NCBI GenBank assembly: GCA_001938485.1
Contig: MQRK01230279.1
Span: 86,633-143,571, forward strand
DNA: 56,939 nt
Origin: Girardia tigrina
Taxonomy: Eukaryota
Reading direction: 5' to 3'
The notes below the pieces were generated by a model, which ran no database searches, was not told the origin of the DNA, and saw only the letters and a program-made list of their open reading frames with translations. Shown piece after piece: positions 38,304-50,681 of the stretch (position 1 is its first letter; each line of letters begins with the position of its first letter). The position numbers and the translations under genes were made by a program.

Positions 38304-39430
38304 TTGGGTTGAGGAATAAGTTCCCTCCGTTTTTTGAAAAATTAAAATTTTATTTTTTAACCAAAAAGTTACTACAAATTAATCACAAATATAATCTCCG
38401 CCATTGTTCACGACTTCTTCACAACGTTCAACGAGTTTTTCAATGCCTCTTTGGTAGAAATCGCCCGGTCTTGACTCGAAGAATAAAGCCAACCAAACTT
38501 ACAGTTCTCCATTATTGAACGAAACACCACGCAAAGCGTTAGAAAGCGAACGGAAAAGATGAAAATCAGATGGAGCCAAGTCTGGTGAATACGGAGGGTG
38601 CGGTAACACTTCCCAACCAAGCGTTTGAATGGCTTCTTTTGTCAGTCTGGCAATATGAGGACGTGCATTGTCGTGTTGCAAAATAACGCCATGTTGTCGA
38701 TCCGGATGTTTTTGTCTTATAGCGGCATTGAGTCTATGCAGCTGTTGAACATAAAGTTCTGCATTCACTGTTTGGTTTCGAGGAAGCAATTCATAATGAA
38801 TAATCCCTTCCCAACCCCACCAAACGCATAGCATTGTCTTTCGTGGATGAAGATCCTGTTTTGCTCGCGGTGTCGATTGTTCTTCTCGGCTACGCCATTC
38901 TTTGCGCTGTTTCATGTTGACGTACAGGCACCATTTTTCATCGCCCGTTACAATTCGATAGTTTTTTTATCACAATCCATTTTTTCCGCCAATTCTCGAG
39001 TGGTTTGACGCGCTTCTTCGTGCAAAAGTTTGTTCAAACGCTCTTCATCGAATTTATTTGGTCGTCCTGAACGAGGTGTATCCTTGAGGTCAAAATTGCC
39101 AATTTTAAATTTTGCGAACCAATCACGAGCGGTTCTATCAGCTATAGCACCTTCTCCGTATAAAGCACAAAGCTCTCGGGCAGCGTCTGCGGCTTTGCGC
39201 CTCGATTATACGCAAACAATAGATTGTATCGGAAATGCTCATTTTTGTCGACTTGACACTCCATTTCAATGGTCTAAAAATCGACAAAAATTAATCTGAA
39301 TAAAAAAACACAATACACTATTTTTAGAGCAAAACAATAGCTTTCAAATAACATTATATCAAAAAATTTGATTTAAATATTAAATTGATTAAAAATTCAA
39401 AAAACGGCGGGAACTTATTCCTCAACCTAA
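38304..39430 (-). mobile_element. Mariner (DD34D) element with internal deletion
   Basis: TIRs TTGGGTTGAGGAATAAGTTCCC / GGGAACTTATTCCTCAACCTAA with TA TSD; HDNARPH...HPPYSPDLAPSDFHLF. Confidence 0.93.
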
Positions 39431-39792
39431 TATTAAAATATTTAATTAAATGTGTATTTTATTATTATAATATTTAAATAAAGCCCTATTAGAAAGCAAA
39501 ACACCGGTAAATCAATTGATCATTTAGCTAATGTTTTTAAAGCATTTATTATGCTAATATAAAGGGTGATTTTTCTTTTCGTAAGTCAGGGGTCACAAAG
39601 GGATACTTTTAATGTGTTTTAAATTTAAAAAATAGAATCAATTTATTCAATAACATTTCCATAGAGAAGTGTTATTAATCTTTAAATTTAAATTCAACTC
39701 TGGTCGATTAACAAAGAAAATTCAAAATTAAATTTAAAGTTTTAAAATTCACATATTTTCAAATTAATTAACAAAGAAACAAGTAAATTTAC

Positions 39793-39897
39793 GCTCTCTA
39801 ACAAACACGGAGGCAAACAAGGTGAAAGACGTTCAATTTCAATGGAGCTTTTAGTAATGTTGGAAGGCATATTGTACAAGTTGTCGTTCTCTGTGAT
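39793..39897 (-). CDS. Exon 2 of an uncharacterised minus-strand gene
   Basis: tttacag|ATC ... AGC|GTAAAT, 35 codons ITENDNLYNMPSNITKSSIEIERLSPCLPPCLLES, phase 0 at both ends. Confidence 0.55.
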
Positions 39898-39944
39898 CTG
39901 TAAACGACACATCATTATAAGAAAATCCATTGAAATCGAAATAC

Positions 39945-40100
39945 TCGTGGAATTTTAGCATCAAATATCTGATTAATAAAACCGTCAATGGATTTTCGTC
40001 CTTTTCTCGGTAAAAAAATGCATTTTGAATTGATATCCGTCGGCGGCGGAAAGTTCTGATAAATAAGATATTGATGTTGTCTGGGTAGAAATAAAACCAT
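39945..40100 (-). CDS. Exon 1 of an uncharacterised minus-strand gene
   Basis: ATG at 40100, 52 codons, CGA|GTATTT donor. A 47-nt GT-AG intron removes the stops and joins two adjacent ORFs in frame. Confidence 0.55.
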
Positions 40101-40908
40101 TATTTGTTATTTCAGTGATTTTTATTAATTTTTTTAAATTTTAAAAATTTAAATTGAGTAATAATCATAATTTGAAAATTTGAATAAATTACCTTGACAT
40201 TATAGAGAAAAAAACGATTAACTGCTCAAGCTGAAAGTCGTATTTTTTTCTTTAGAAAATAAGTTGACCTTCAAAGCTTTACACCAACGTTTAGTGGTTG
40301 TTAAAAGACGAATTTAAATTTGATTTATTTACAGTGGAATTATTTCTTTGTATCTGATACAGTGATTCAACATTATTTGTTGCTGAAAAACATTTAAACA
40401 AATTTTCACAGATGATTTGGATTTAGTGAATTTTTCGGGACTGATTAAATTTGATTTAAAAAGATTATGAGATATGAAAATTCATTTGAAAATCGGTTTT
40501 TTAGAACGATTATTGAAAATCATAATTAATTTTTAAATAAATATTCTGTTTTAATGTCGTTTTAATAAAGAAATGTCGTTTTTTGACTTAATATTATTCA
40601 ATTTTAGTATCTGACATTCAAAGGCGTATTTTCGCATTAAAATTTTTTTACATTAATTTTACTTGCTTTATTAATCTTAATATTAATATTTTCCAATTAA
40701 ATCAGTTTTTTATTGATAAACTTATAGAATAAAACTAAGGATATTTAGTTATTTCGAATTTACCCATCGTAAATTAATATAAATGATATAACATTAACTT
40801 TGTGGCATTGTCTCGTGATAAAGTATCAATATTTGAACGTTCTCGGTAACTTCAATTTTTATTAGTGTTTTTTAATTAACGCTTTCGTTTTCTTATATCG
40901 TATTTATA

Positions 40909-41929
40909 TGTTGAGTATATAATATTAATAAAAGTATTTTATAAATTTGTTTTAACTAATTAAAAAGTTAAATAGATTTATTTACGAAGAAACAAGCAAA
41001 TTTACGCTCTCTAACAAACACGGAGGCAAACAAGGTGAAAGACGTTCAATTTCAATGGAGCTTTTAGTAATGTTGGAAGGCATATTGTACAAGTTGTCGT
41101 TCTCTGTGATCTGTAAACGACACATAATTATAAGAAAATCCATTGAAATCGAAATACTCGTGGAATTTTAGCACCTTCACCTAAATTAAATAATAAATTA
41201 TATATAAATAATTAAATTAAGATTTGGTAAGAAAGTTATTTAATAAATAAAATTAGTTTAAGAAATATTTACATCAATAAAATAAGCCAATTATTTTAAA
41301 AGGTAAATAAAAAGAAATCAAATTAAAAATAACAGTATAAAAAGAAGAAAGTTTTAAGAGAAGGAGAGTCAACAAACTTGAGAAGAAGAAAAGTTATATT
41401 TCAAAGAAAGTTTCAAAAAGAAAGCCCTTAATTATTTCTTAAAGTTATAATTTGAGTTATTTTCAAAAGCAAAGAAGAAATATTTTAATTAATTGAAGGA
41501 AGGTTAACCGAAGAAAGAACCTAATTAACCATAAGAAAAAAGGGTTAATAAATCTTGTAATAAAAGCAAATCGGACGGAATTGATTTCCTTGGAGGAGAA
41601 ATCAATTGTAATTAACAGATAACAAGAGTTATATAAAACCAACGAGTGAAATCTGAAAATCGACAAAGGTACGAACTGCAAAATTTAAAAATAATTATAT
41701 ATTTTTATTTAAAATATTTTTATATATTTTCCTAAAATCAGTAGGGCAGAAGAATGTTCTTCTCCCTTCTTATCTAAAATATAAAATCTTTAATAGGTTA
41801 AGTTTTCCTTAATTACTTTTTAATAATTGTGACATTGTAAAAATTGTACCTAATAAATAAATATTTTTATAAAGACATCTTCTTAGTTTTAATTTCTACT
41901 TTATCTATAAATCACCTTATATCCCAACA
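40909..41929. mobile_element. Solo LTR (same family as 45102-45859, opposite orientation) containing a 187-bp foreign insert
   Basis: TGTTGAG...CCCAACA, 4-bp TSD TATA (40905-08 and 41930-33); visibly alignable to the reverse complement of 45102-45859. Confidence 0.8.
40987..41173. repeat. Direct duplicate of 39774-39960
   Basis: 187 bp, 2 mismatches. Confidence 0.97.
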
Positions 41930-42910
41930 TATATTTAAGGAGAAAATTTATATTTATGATTTATTTATATAAAAAAGAGAAAGTAAGAAGATAACAAAAC
42001 AAAGAACTGTAATTGAACAGAAATTTTTTATAAATTAAGGAATTTAAAAGAAGAAAAAATATAAGGTAAAGTAAAAAAACGCGTTAACATGTAAAAAATT
42101 ATTTTTCAATTTATTCTTATGTGTTTACTTTGAACTATACCTACTCTACCGCACTGTTATGAATATTTGGGGTTTGTCCTTCTAATTATGCTAGCAATCA
42201 TGTAAGTAAGGAAGTTATGCTCACAGTTCCTGCTTTAATTTGTCAACATGAGAATGCATGAGAAGTGATTTCAGTACTATCTAGAGAACCTCAACATTTA
42301 TGGTGAAATTCAGGTTCGATTCCTGGATAATATAATGACAGAGGACGAAACATCCCTTGATATCGACAGCTGCCGGACTTCTATCCACCAATCAAGAATT
42401 ATGGCCATGGGGCGGACCGTACGAATCCGGAACATCATCCCATTTTTGTTTGGACGTATGGGAACAAATTCAATCTCAAAACTTCAATGAACATAGTAAG
42501 TTAAGTTTTTATTCACTGATTTTCTTTTTTCGATTATTATAAACACCCTAACTTTTCAATATATACTGCTATTAGTCGTTGTTACTCTCCAAAATGCCCA
42601 TCTTCCAAGATCCTTTTTTTCATTCAGGACCCATAATAATTCTAACACTTTTAATGAAACTGTTTATTTTCTCCATTTTTTCTACCTTTCCACAAGATTG
42701 CAACTTTCTGTCTCCAACGTCTCCAGAAATATCCGAATTAATTCTTTGAAGGTTCTAGATCCCAAAGCACTTTAATCTTGAGGTTTTTGGCTAATTTGAC
42801 AGATCAGTCTCAAATTCAGCATCCATACCACCTGACATATTACAGTGTTCTTCCTCTTTATTTCTTTATCTTTTTAGTGTTCATTAAATCGCATCAGCAG
42901 TAGCAACCAA

Positions 42911-43937
42911 TTAAGAGTTTTTTTAAGTGATATGTAATTTAATTTTTTGATTTTTAATTTTGAAAAAAATTCTTAATTGGATTTGCGACCCCTGAAATTT
43001 TTAAAACTGAAAAATTCAGATGCGCATTAAAAAAATTTTAAAACAATAAAAATTTTTTTGAATGATAAAAAAACATTACCGTGAAACATTGGATTTTCGT
43101 TTCCCAATAATTTTTAATGTATAAAAAAACAATTAACAGTAATTTGTAAATTTATAAATTTGTTTTATTAAATCAATGAAGTTAATAAAATTTTAATTGA
43201 AAAAATTAATTGAAAATTTTAATTTTCAATTCTAATGGGTGAAAATTATTCGACTAATGATAAATCGAACGCGAATATCCGTCAAAATAACGGAAATTCG
43301 TTGATCAATTTCTCTTCGGAAAGTTCGCATGTCAATAGCGGCGCATATACGAGCGTTTTTCATCCCTCATCGATCGCCGCTGTCAACAGATCGAATCAAA
43401 ATGATTTGACCGGCTGTTTAAATGACACATTTGCGCGGGGATTGAATGTGAATCCCGGATCATTCGCGATGGCTAAAAATCAGCGACCAAGAGAGAAAGA
43501 TTTACCGATCTTGAATAATGAGGAACTCATGAATTATCGGTATATGACTGAAGGGAATCCCTTCCAGGCGGCACGGAACATATCCATGTCTCCTAACTCT
43601 GTTTTGTCGAGTCAGTTCAAACACCAGAATTACTCACAGGGACACGCACATGGTCCTAGACACGCGGCACATGGATTACTGATGAAGCCACCTCTCCAAC
43701 AGCAGCAAGCACGACAATCCGTTGCCGTTTTGTCACAAATGACCGAACCACGATCTTCCATCGTCTGGATCACGGTGCGTGCGAGTGTGGTGGCGACCCT
43801 TCGAAAGTACGAACGTCACTAAAATATGGTAAGCCTTATCGATCGGCGAGCGAATTGTGCCGTGTCGCATTTTAGTGCGTGACCACTCGTTTCGTTCCAC
43901 AAGATCCACGGGACACATCTCGGGCAAGACAAATATG
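42911..43937 (+). pseudogene. Inserted gene 5'-end cassette: AT-rich leader, 195-aa ORF (43235-43822) and a degenerate RRM
   Basis: Interrupts the BEL integrase, flanks ACCAA / AACAA. N/S/Q-rich ORF, then SSIVWIT..LRKY.NVTKI..IDRRANCAV..FS..KIHGTHLG, which is RRM-like (SPEN/RBM15 style) with indels. Confidence 0.6.
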
Positions 43938-45101
43938 AACAACAACAATATTCCTCTGTTATTTTCACAGTCTTTAACATGTATCCTAACACTTTCTTCA
44001 TCAGTTTTACTATAACCTCGTAAAAAATTAAAATGCGGGGTTCGAGTAAATTTGAATACCCTCTTGATTCTCGAGTAAGCACCAGAACAATCTTCCTTGT
44101 AATTTTTCTCAACTATATCTTTTACTACTTTGATTGAAGTCAAAACAATTTGTCCCATTTTCGGAAACTATGAAGTTTGGTTTTCACCTTCTTCCGATCA
44201 TTAGCTCAAACTCTTACCAGAAGGTATCCGTTTCTAAACATTGAGCTACCTCTATATGAACCGATATGGATTGTAGACAACTGAACATACACACGTTTTT
44301 TTATCTCTCATTTTTCCTCTTCCTACATTGATGTATATTGGTTCGACTTAATCCTTCGCTACATTTATGAATGGTCTGCTCGACTCCACAACACCGAAAC
44401 TCGACAGATGCGCCATAATCTGGCTCCAAGTTTTTGCTGATTTTCTTTGACAGTATACACACTAATTCATGCATCGTTTTTTTGACAATCCGGAGACATT
44501 TGATAAAGAATAAGCAGTTGAAGCTAGGTTATCCAATTATCCATATGTAGGATAATCGGATAGCGTATATCTTAATATAAGAACTCTGCATTTAACAAAC
44601 GACTATTGGTGTGTTTTAACCCAAGCTCGTCAATTTTTGGATTACTGATTTCCATCCAAAATTTGGTGCATTCATATTTGGTCATATCTAAACTTTTCTG
44701 CTTCACTATCTAGAATTTCCTCTTTTAACAAATTGTCTTCTTTCTTATTTAGATTTTCTCTTTGATAATTATCGAATAATTGCTAATTATATTTAGCTTT
44801 AAACCTCCACGCCTATTCTTGAACTCTTGCTAACATTGAACAAATCAAAAAGTTCTCAAGGTTAAATCGATCATTTCTATTATACTCTTCTGTTTATTGT
44901 GTCTCAATTAGTTACACCTGAGGAAAGATGATTTCCTTTTGAGGATGATTTCGTTCTACCTCTCATTTCCATCTCAGTCATTCTTCATCAAATAGATATA
45001 TTGGGTTCTGGATCAAAAGAAGATATTATTAACGCAAAACTTTATTTCTATAACAATTTAAGTTTTTTTTAAACAAATATTTTCAGGAACTTTCGTACTT
45101 T

Positions 45102-45859
45102 TGTTGGTATATCGGTGTGATTAAATTAAAATAGCAAATAAAAATAAAGAAATAGGATTTAAATATTTTATTTTTAATATACAATGTACAAAATTTTTAA
45201 GAAGTATAAATTTCTAGGAAAGGTATTTAAGGTCTTAACCTATATTATGAATTTGTAGTTTTGGTAGGACGAGAAAAGAAATTCTTTTACCCGAATGAAT
45301 TTTAATATAACAATATAGGGATTTTAGTATTTATAATTTATATACTTCGCACCTTTAATTCTCTTTTCAAATCGAGGTTTTAATACAATTTTTTCTTTCT
45401 CTTTTCTCAAGTTCAGCTGGATCTTTTTATAGCTGATTTTGACCGATTTAATGGCTAGGCTGTCAGATTTAATTTATTCAATGGCTAGGCTGTCAGATTT
45501 ATTCTCTCCGAAAATTTAGATTAGGTAAAATTTTCTTAATTAAATTTCGTGCTTGAAACTTTTTTTAATTATCTGGATATTATTAATAATTAAGGGCCTT
45601 TTCTTTCTGAAGATCTTTCCTTTTTATACTCTTTCCTTACGTTTTATTTTTCTTATTTACTTTTTAAATTAATTAGATTATCTCTCTATGATAAATATTT
45701 CTTGTTTTATTCTTGATTGTTTATTTTTTCTAATTATTTCTAATTTAGTTATTTATATATAATTATATTTAATTTAATAAAAAAATAAAGAAAATCTTAT
45801 TTTATCTTATGAATTAAATCAACTACTTTTATTTTTTATATTTTATATTTACCTCAACA
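45102..45859. mobile_element. Solo LTR (758 bp) with 4-bp TSD
   Basis: TGTTGG...CTCAACA flanked by CTTT on both sides; internal 22-bp tandem AATGGCTAGGCTGTCAGATTTA x2. Confidence 0.85.
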
Positions 45860-48791
45860 CTTTCTTTTCACACAAACCATTATAAATAAAAATAGATATA
45901 AATATAGATATAGAAATTATTATTTCATTTATTAAAAATTATATTTTTTACTCGCCTTTTGTTAAAATTTATACATTATAAATTTTGTCACAAAGATTTA
46001 AATTTCCCATTATATTTTACATTTTAAATTAATCGTTTCGCCATTACATTTCGATACAATCACATTTTCCAAAAACAAAATTAAAATCGCATTTTAATTT
46101 ACTTCGATTTAATTGTGTACAATAAAAGTTACAAAAAATAGTTTAGTTTATTTTCATTTCGCAAATAAAATATTAAACTTTATATTCCTTTTTATTTTAT
46201 TTCAATTAAATATTTCCATCAAAATTAAAATTAACTTTATTACTTTATAATAAATCTTTTAATAAATCTACCATAAAATTTATTTTATTTTTTACAAAAA
46301 TTAATTTTTACATTAAATTCGGAAAATCTGATTTTAACATATCTACAACACTATTTTACGAAATGTAATTGTTTAATTATTAATTTGATCAGATTGTAAA
46401 TTCAAAAATTTTATGAAGTCAACGATGCTCCTAACAAGATATATTATATGTCAACCCGAAAGCCATTCTACCAAAGAATTGTTGTCGTAGATTGCTATGC
46501 CTCTGGATAATAATCATCTGAATTCAACTTTTACACCACATGTCTCCATTGATTTGTGTGTGTCAATTCGTGGATCTTACTGGCAATATTCGTTATAAAT
46601 GATTTCAATTTATTTCAATTGTTATTAAACCAATTTGACACACCTTGGCTGTCCAATAATAAACTTTTTATTTTTAAACTGGGAGTTCGTTCAGCACTCT
46701 CTATGGTAATTGAGCTTTGATAAAGCCACCATTAATTCCAATCTATGGAAGCTAACAACTTTCTTGTTTTCATCTTTAACTTCGCCATTACTAATTTTTC
46801 TTGATATCTTCCCCTACTCGCTCTCTTAGGTAGATTACTGATCCGAAGAATTTTGCCGAAGCGTCTGTAAAATGATGTATTTGTTAATCATTGTTGTCTT
46901 GTTTCATTAAACTTTTTGTATTCTAATTTTGTTCACTGTTTCCGAGAATATTTCATCTTTTACAGCACCATCAATACATATTTCGTGGATAAGCACTTTA
47001 GCTCTAATAACGAATGAATATATCAGTCCCAATGGTTCAAATACTTTGGTCTTTGTACATAAAAAATCACATCTTGTAATCTCCATCTTTTCATCAACCG
47101 TCATACCAATGACAAATTGGTCATCTGCCATATTCAAACAAATCCTTAACGTTTTCATGGGCAACTTATCTTTATCCTCTAAATCCAATTATCTTTTAAT
47201 ATTAGACAACCGTATTCAGGTGGTCATGAAAATTTCTTGTCTTTTTGCTAAATTTTCGTTTAATTTGATCGCCATCGGGTCGGTTTGGTACCGAATTCAA
47301 GCTGTCATTCATATATACAGATTTCAATATAGTTTCCACTGCTCTCGAATGTTATTTTAATTATTTTCTGGCACCTTCCTGTGACACAGATTGTGCTAAG
47401 AATGGTAAGAGTTTAACCTGAATATTATTGTTCCATTACGTAGAACTGCGCTACTCATTGTCTCATCATAGAATACTTAGACATTTGGAATTTTATGGCT
47501 TCATCTTTATCTGCAAGTACATTTCAGCTATATCACTCCTTAGTATAATTCGGTACTAGCGAAATCTCAGTAACAAATACACAGTATCAATTTTATAATT
47601 TTGGACCACTCTCTAGCTGATCCTTTAGATTTGCTCCTCGGACATTTGCTGCTGCTTTGAATACCATGCGAACTTTATTAGCTTTCTTATCATACCGGAT
47701 AACTGAAAAATTAGAGACCCAACACCTTGTCTCTGTTTTTCTACTCTTCATCATCATAATATGATATTTCCTTTCGTAATTCTTTTGGTTTTTCTTCTTG
47801 CCCTCAACCCACAAAAACTACACCAACAGAGAAATCAAATCAAGCCAAACCAACAAGCAAAGAAAAAAAATCCAAAACTAAAGCAATGAACATTCTTCAA
47901 TTGTTAATAATCAACTTTGAGAAATTTATTTAAATGTGAAAAAGACAATTACAGCACAAAGAAATTGTTAAAAGGGTTAGCGATATGTAAATAATCAAGA
48001 TGTCGAGCTACTCAACTGAGTTTCATCAAATTGTCTTTAATAAATATCTCTGTCTGACAAAGAAGTTGTCAGAATTCTTTGCCTTTAGACTAACAGAACA
48101 AAACTTTATATTGCCGAGAAGAAAAATAATAGTGTTGCTTAATAGCTAAAACAATTTCTTCCCGTAGTTTACTGAAGGAAATGAATTTATGTTTTTTAGC
48201 AATATCATTACTAAATGTAATCATATATACTTTTTTGACTGTAATTTATTCATATGCAGTTTCGTAAGCGACGTCTTGGTTGGTTGTAGCTGTTTCTGAC
48301 ACCTGCTTAAAATGGACAGGGTCGGACTCGTTCCGAATCAAGGTGCAACCCGATCGGTGGGCAACTCCATTCGGTTCCTAACTCCAGGTGATAATTGAAA
48401 TTGTTTCCCCGCGACCGCCTCAAATGATGTGATTATTGCCGGAATCTGGTGTCGGGCAGTTACGTGTCTGTTTTGTCGATCTGTGTTTAGTGACTGTTGA
48501 CACCTTCCCGTGAAAAGTGGTGGAAAAGAAAACTGCATATTAATTTTCACCTACTTAAACCCTGTCGGTACTTGTATTTTATGAAAACATGGACTTTCGG
48601 AATCCTACATGAGTCCAAGCTCTCTTAGTTCAGACGAATTATCGATATATAAACAAAATAAGAAGTCACCAGCAAGCATGAATGGCTCATAATTTTGTTA
48701 TTTACAGATAAAAATTCCAAAATTATTACCATTTTTTTGAATATTAAAACCAGTTTTAAAATTTGGATTTTTTAATTAATTTTTAATGCTA

Positions 48792-49307
48792 ATATTAAGA
48801 ACACCAATTTGACTTTTTATATTTTTATTTAAACAACAATTTTGAATGTCCTTAAGACAATCTTTGTCAAAACTTTCGTACATTTGCATTCAAAGCGAAA
48901 TTGGTTAATGAATTAATAATGCTGATTCTTGCTTTCCATTTTTGATAGGTCAAAAATCAAATAAAAATGTTTTTAATTATTCCAAAATTTTCCAAATCTA
49001 ACCTTGATTACCAACTGCTAAAATAAATAATATAGTCAATGATTATTAATGATTATTAATATAAAAAAATATATTTAAAACAAGTATTAAAAAAAACGAA
49101 ATGACCTTCCGAACAACCCAATAGTATTGATTAATTTATTATCGGCAATTTAATAATTATTTATTAACAAATAATTATTATGGGTTATATTAAGAACACC
49201 AATTTGATTTTTTATATTTTTATTTAAACAACAATTTTGATTGTCCTCAAAACAATCTTTGTCAAAACTTTCGTACATTTGCATTCAAAGCGAAAATTGA
49301 TTAATGG
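48792..49307. repeat. About 120-bp imperfect direct repeat (48792-48910 and 49187-49307)
   Basis: ATATTAAGAACACCAATTTGA...GCATTCAAAGCGAAA present twice with a few substitutions. Confidence 0.85.
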
Positions 49308-50681
49308 TTTTATTCTCATTACTTTTTTAGCAAATGAGGAAATAAATATTTAAATAAAATATTCACTCAAAACTTATTGGATAATAATTAAAATGATAAT
49401 TAATTATTTAAAAAATATTAATTTGATTTATTTATTAAATATTATAAACATTAATAAACTTATTTAAAATTTTAAAATTATTTGAAATTAAAAATAAATT
49501 TAAACATTACATATTTTTAGATAATAAGAATTAAAATATTAATCATCCATCTGGGTAGGAGAGACACATTTCTAAGTCAACATACACATTCAAACACAAA
49601 ACATCAAACATTCAAATATTCCTCACAGCTTATGTTTTTAATAGTTATTGAAACTTATACTTATTGATTGGATTTAGCTGTTTTGAGATTTTTGTTGGAA
49701 GAAAAATGGGACACAACACTAACGATTTGTTAACGATTTCTTGAATGAAGAAAGATCATGAAGTAATATTCCCTGTTCTAGATAAGAAATTTTATTGCTA
49801 CTACTAATGTGTGATCTTTAAGAATCTGAAAATAGAGAATTTTCTTCTTGGTCAGCAATGCGGATATCAAGTTCGAATTTTTTATATGTCTTTCGGACAC
49901 TTGAAGACACTTGATAAGAAGAGAGTCATCTAGATGAGAAATCTTAGCAGCTGGCTAAATATATTACAACGGTGCCTCTCGTTGATCGAGAAAAGGTCAT
50001 ATTATTATCACTGAACAGGATTCTTGGAACACGTCAATTGTTCGGGATGCAATTCCTAGGAATAATAATTAGTCGAAAAAAATGAAATAACTAAATAAAT
50101 GTTTTTACTCAGGGATTTTTGGTCAGAAAATTCATAAATTAAATTTTTTGGTTGATAATTTTTATATGAAAATTTAAACAAAATAAATTTATTATTACTT
50201 TCATAAATATACAAATTTAAAACAAATATAACAAATGGACATTAATTACTTCAAAAATTTATAGTTATTCACATAAATATGGGATGTTATAAAAATAGCG
50301 ATTTTCAAAAACCCTGTATATATTTTTAACTATAGAACTATTGATTAATCTTTTAATGTCTGTAAGGAGTTTCCATGATCAATGAGAACGAAATAATTCC
50401 AACAAGATTTATTTAGGTAATATTCGCTTATTACGTAACGCTTTAGGAGGGAGGGAGGTCAGTGATTTTGTTAATGTTTGTTACGAGGGGGGAGGGGGGT
50501 GCGAAAGGTTGTTACATAACAAAAAAAATTATTTTGCATTATTGCTCTACATTTCATTCCGTCTTAAAAAAAGAATATCTTTCAATGTTATGTTAAAACT
50601 AAAAATATGAATAGATCGGAATAAAATTTCGAAGACTCGAAGTTCTTTTCGAACTCAAATTTAAAGTTTAATTTTTTAATA

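Larger units (their letters stand above)
42340..47850 (-). mobile_element. Degenerate BEL/Pao LTR retrotransposon, interrupted by later insertions
   Basis: In order on the minus strand: KVRMVFKAAA..GANLKDQLESGPKL (RT), VFEPLGL..FVIRAKVLIHE and HHFTDAS (RNase H region), LDELGL..SRLLNA..YPIIL, VSENGTN, TPHF, FWRRW, GSWKMG, then a purine tract and TGTTCCGG LTR start at 42433. Confidence 0.8.

Noticed and set aside
40900-42330. Possible mitochondrial insertion (very AT-rich, tRNA-like motif)
   Set aside because: Mostly explained by a solo LTR with TSD; no mitochondrial protein or rRNA motif recognised.
42899-42910. Shared terminal motif TGTAGYRACCAA at 15684, 42899 and 52801 as a cassette end signature
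   Set aside because: At 42899 the bases are needed to restore the BEL integrase (LVATADA on the minus strand), so they belong to the target rather than the insert. No TSD was found for 15684.
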